Origin: Candidatus Heimdallarchaeota archaeon
GTDB lineage: Archaea; Asgardarchaeota; Heimdallarchaeia; Hodarchaeales; Hodarchaeaceae
Direction of reading: 5' to 3'
DNA length: 25,941 nucleotides
Assembly: GCA_048881705.1 (NCBI GenBank)
Contig: JBHLSH010000057.1
Location: 1 to 25,941, forward strand
In this document: in pieces, positions 24,170 through 25,941 of the stretch
How the letters are laid out: each line of letters begins with the position of its first letter
Position numbering within the stretch: position 1 is the stretch's first letter
Program-made: the position numbers and the translations under genes
The notes under the pieces: generated by a model
What the model was told of the DNA's origin: nothing
Database searches by the model: none
The model's input: the letters and a program-made list of their open reading frames with translations, nothing else

Positions 24170-24196
24170 ATTCGATGAACTTGAAGTTCATCGAAT
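24170..24196. promoter_or_regulatory. Perfect 27-bp palindrome (operator-like) abutting a TATA box
   Basis: ATTCGATGAACTT-G-AAGTTCATCGAAT has 13-bp perfect arms. On the minus strand it is immediately followed by TATATATC, ~45-50 nt before the ATG at 24118. Confidence 0.7.
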
Positions 24197-24483
24197 GCCA
24201 CCTTTCAAGTTCCTATGCGACATTGAACATGGGTCCCTGGACTGACGTCCGATCAAGAGAGTACCCTATAACGCACGTCCATGGTGCAATCTATTGTACC
24301 GACCTTTTCTAAGACTCCTACCCAAGAGGGAATTTTAGCAAATACCACCAGAAGGTTTCTAAGGATTTCTAAGAATCAGAAAGATAACCGCAACAGAGAA
24401 AGACGAAGCTAGACGGCAATGAAATGTTCAACGTTGAGAGGATTTTTCTTTAATGAAGGATTTAATAGGCTGGAGATCAGTTT

Positions 24484-25104
24484 ATGACATCTGACACAGA
24501 GATCAAGGTAAAATTATGCCAGACAATGAAGGAACTTTACCGAGAGAAAATCCTGACGGATATTGGTGGAAATCTGAGTTTTAGATCCACGGAGAATGAC
24601 GATCAATTCTGGATAACCCCTTCTGGAATCAAGAAAGATATAGTGGAAATCTCTGATCTAGTGAGATTGTCAACGATAAACGGCGAGATCTTGGAGGCGA
24701 GCTCTGACCGTGTTCCCTCAGTTGAATGGCCAATGCATCGGGCCATATTTAACGAGGATGAGGATTTCCGATTTGTCGTTCATGCACATCCTCCCTTCGC
24801 TAGTGCCCTTTCAGTGGTGAAAAAACCACCTAAATTTCCTCAATTGACGGGAGAACTAACATACCTAGTTCCAGAGATCATTATCGTACCTTATCAAAAA
24901 TCGGGAACCTCTGAATTGGGGGCGGCCGCAGCAGAGACCCTTTGGGACTGTAGTATTGTAATTCTAGAAAATCATGGAATTGTGAGTGTATCTGAAAGTA
25001 GTTTTACAGAGGCGGCGATGCGTATCAGGGCCCTTGAAGAATATCTGCAGTTATACCTGACTGCAAGTCGATTTGGTGAGCTCAGGGAATTTCCTGGGTT
25101 TTAG
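24484..25104 (+). CDS. Class II aldolase/adducin family protein (FucA/AraD/MtnB-like)
   Basis: GGNLSFR, ITPSG, PSVEWPMH, VVHAHP and ILENHG (Zn-binding His set). Confidence 0.9.
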   Translation: MTSDTEIKVKLCQTMKELYREKILTDIGGNLSFRSTENDDQFWITPSGIKKDIVEISDLVRLSTINGEILEASSDRVPSVEWPMHRAIFNEDEDFRFVVHAHPPFASALSVVKKPPKFPQLTGELTYLVPEIIIVPYQKSGTSELGAAAAETLWDCSIVILENHGIVSVSESSFTEAAMRIRALEEYLQLYLTASRFGELREFPGF

Positions 25105-25120
25105 ATAAAAGGTGGGCAGT

Positions 25121-25941
25121 ATGTCTGAATATTATCTCACACTGGATGCTGGAACAAGCGGAGGGAAATGTGCGATTATTGATGAAAAGGGGGAGTTTTG
25201 CAGTATTATCAAGACCGCCTGGAGTTATGTTCCCGTTGAGGAGTTAGAACCTTACGGTTTCATGTTTCACCCAGATCAATTCTGGCAGATTCTCTTACGT
25301 CTTATGGTTACTGCCATTGGTCGGGCGAAGATTTCACCTTCAGATATCGTGGCAATCACTGCGACCTCTCAACGACATGGGTGTGTATTCCTTGATGGTA
25401 ACGGAATGGAAATTTATGCGGGCCCGAATCGTGATGCCCGAGGTTTAGAGGTTGATATAGAGGATTACTTTGATCCTGTGGAACTTTATGAAATAACAGG
25501 TCATGGTCCACCGTTTATTCTTCCCCTAGCTAGATTGCTCTGGTTTCAGGATAATGAGGAAGAAATTTTTGGACAGATTAAGCATCTATTGACGATAGAT
25601 GGCTGGGTCAATTTTCGGTTAACAGGAAAATATACGATTCATGATTCGGCTGCCGCCGAAACGATGCTTTTTGACATCAGGAATAGAACCTGGTCAGAAC
25701 CGATACTGGAAGAGTGTGAGATCCCGCACGAAATCCTTCCTGAACGTTTCCCAATTGGGGCGTATATCGGAGACGTAGCAGAAGATCTAGTAAACAGATT
25801 GGGCCTTCAATCAAAAACTCCTGTAATGATGGCACCAGCTGACACACAAGTATCACTACTCGGGTGCGGGGCTTACCAGAAGGGTGATCTTGGTATAGTT
25901 GCAGGGTCGACCATGCCAATCCAACTTATCGTTGACCAAGC
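25121..25941 (+). CDS. FGGY-family carbohydrate kinase (3' truncated; absent from ORF track)
   Basis: Manual translation from ATG 25121 gives MSEYYLTLDAGTSGGKCAII...AITATSQRHGCVFLD...NRDARG...TGKYTIHDSAAAETMLFD...APADTQVSLLG...IVAGST, open to the window end. Confidence 0.9.
   Translation, partial: MSEYYLTLDAGTSGGKCAIIDEKGEFCSIIKTAWSYVPVEELEPYGFMFHPDQFWQILLRLMVTAIGRAKISPSDIVAITATSQRHGCVFLDGNGMEIYAGPNRDARGLEVDIEDYFDPVELYEITGHGPPFILPLARLLWFQDNEEEIFGQIKHLLTIDGWVNFRLTGKYTIHDSAAAETMLFDIRNRTWSEPILEECEIPHEILPERFPIGAYIGDVAEDLVNRLGLQSKTPVMMAPADTQVSLLGCGAYQKGDLGIVAGSTMPIQLIVDQ

Noticed and set aside
97-25919. Remaining short ORFs in the track (e.g. 5310..5615, 7038..7482, 8882..9220, 10052..10351, 13282..15092 minus, 21214..21837 minus, 25677..25919 minus)
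   Set aside because: All overlap longer, motif-supported genes on the other strand or frame and show no recognisable features.

Overview
Gene-dense archaeal-type window. GGAGG/GGTGA ribosome-binding sites, TATA-like boxes, oligo-T terminators and eukaryote-like ubiquitin enzymes suggest an Asgard archaeon; this is inference, not a taxonomic search. The centrepiece (6960-11757, minus strand) is a complete ubiquitin-like conjugation locus: two paralogous Ubl genes, a Uba3/Uba2-type E1, an E2, a Rpn11/CSN5-type JAMM protease and a multi-pass membrane RING-like E3. Both Ubls end in ...STAG rather than GG, carry SUMO-like acidic N-terminal tails, and lack ubiquitin's I44, K48 and K63 equivalents. 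The E2 has no ATG/GTG/TTG before its catalytic Cys, so the ORF track shows only a 76-aa fragment; it most likely starts at an ATT behind a strong SD. A tandem ribbon-helix-helix regulator is divergently transcribed across a promoter containing repeated operator-like boxes. Next come two tandem ~1230-aa receptor-like proteins (signal/TM, 14 WD40 blades rich in N-glycosylation sequons, 8 DxDxDG Ca-binding repeats, TM, cytosolic helical domain). The flanks are metabolic or housekeeping: ABC-2 permease, aldo-keto reductase, glutaredoxin-thioredoxin reductase fusion, Tmk, parvulin with a Pro/Lys-rich disordered protein, SAM methyltransferase, AOR plus SCP2, a secreted protein behind a perfect 27-bp palindrome, class II aldolase and an FGGY kinase. 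I found no rRNA, tRNA, CRISPR array or mobile element. All alignments and counts were done by eye.
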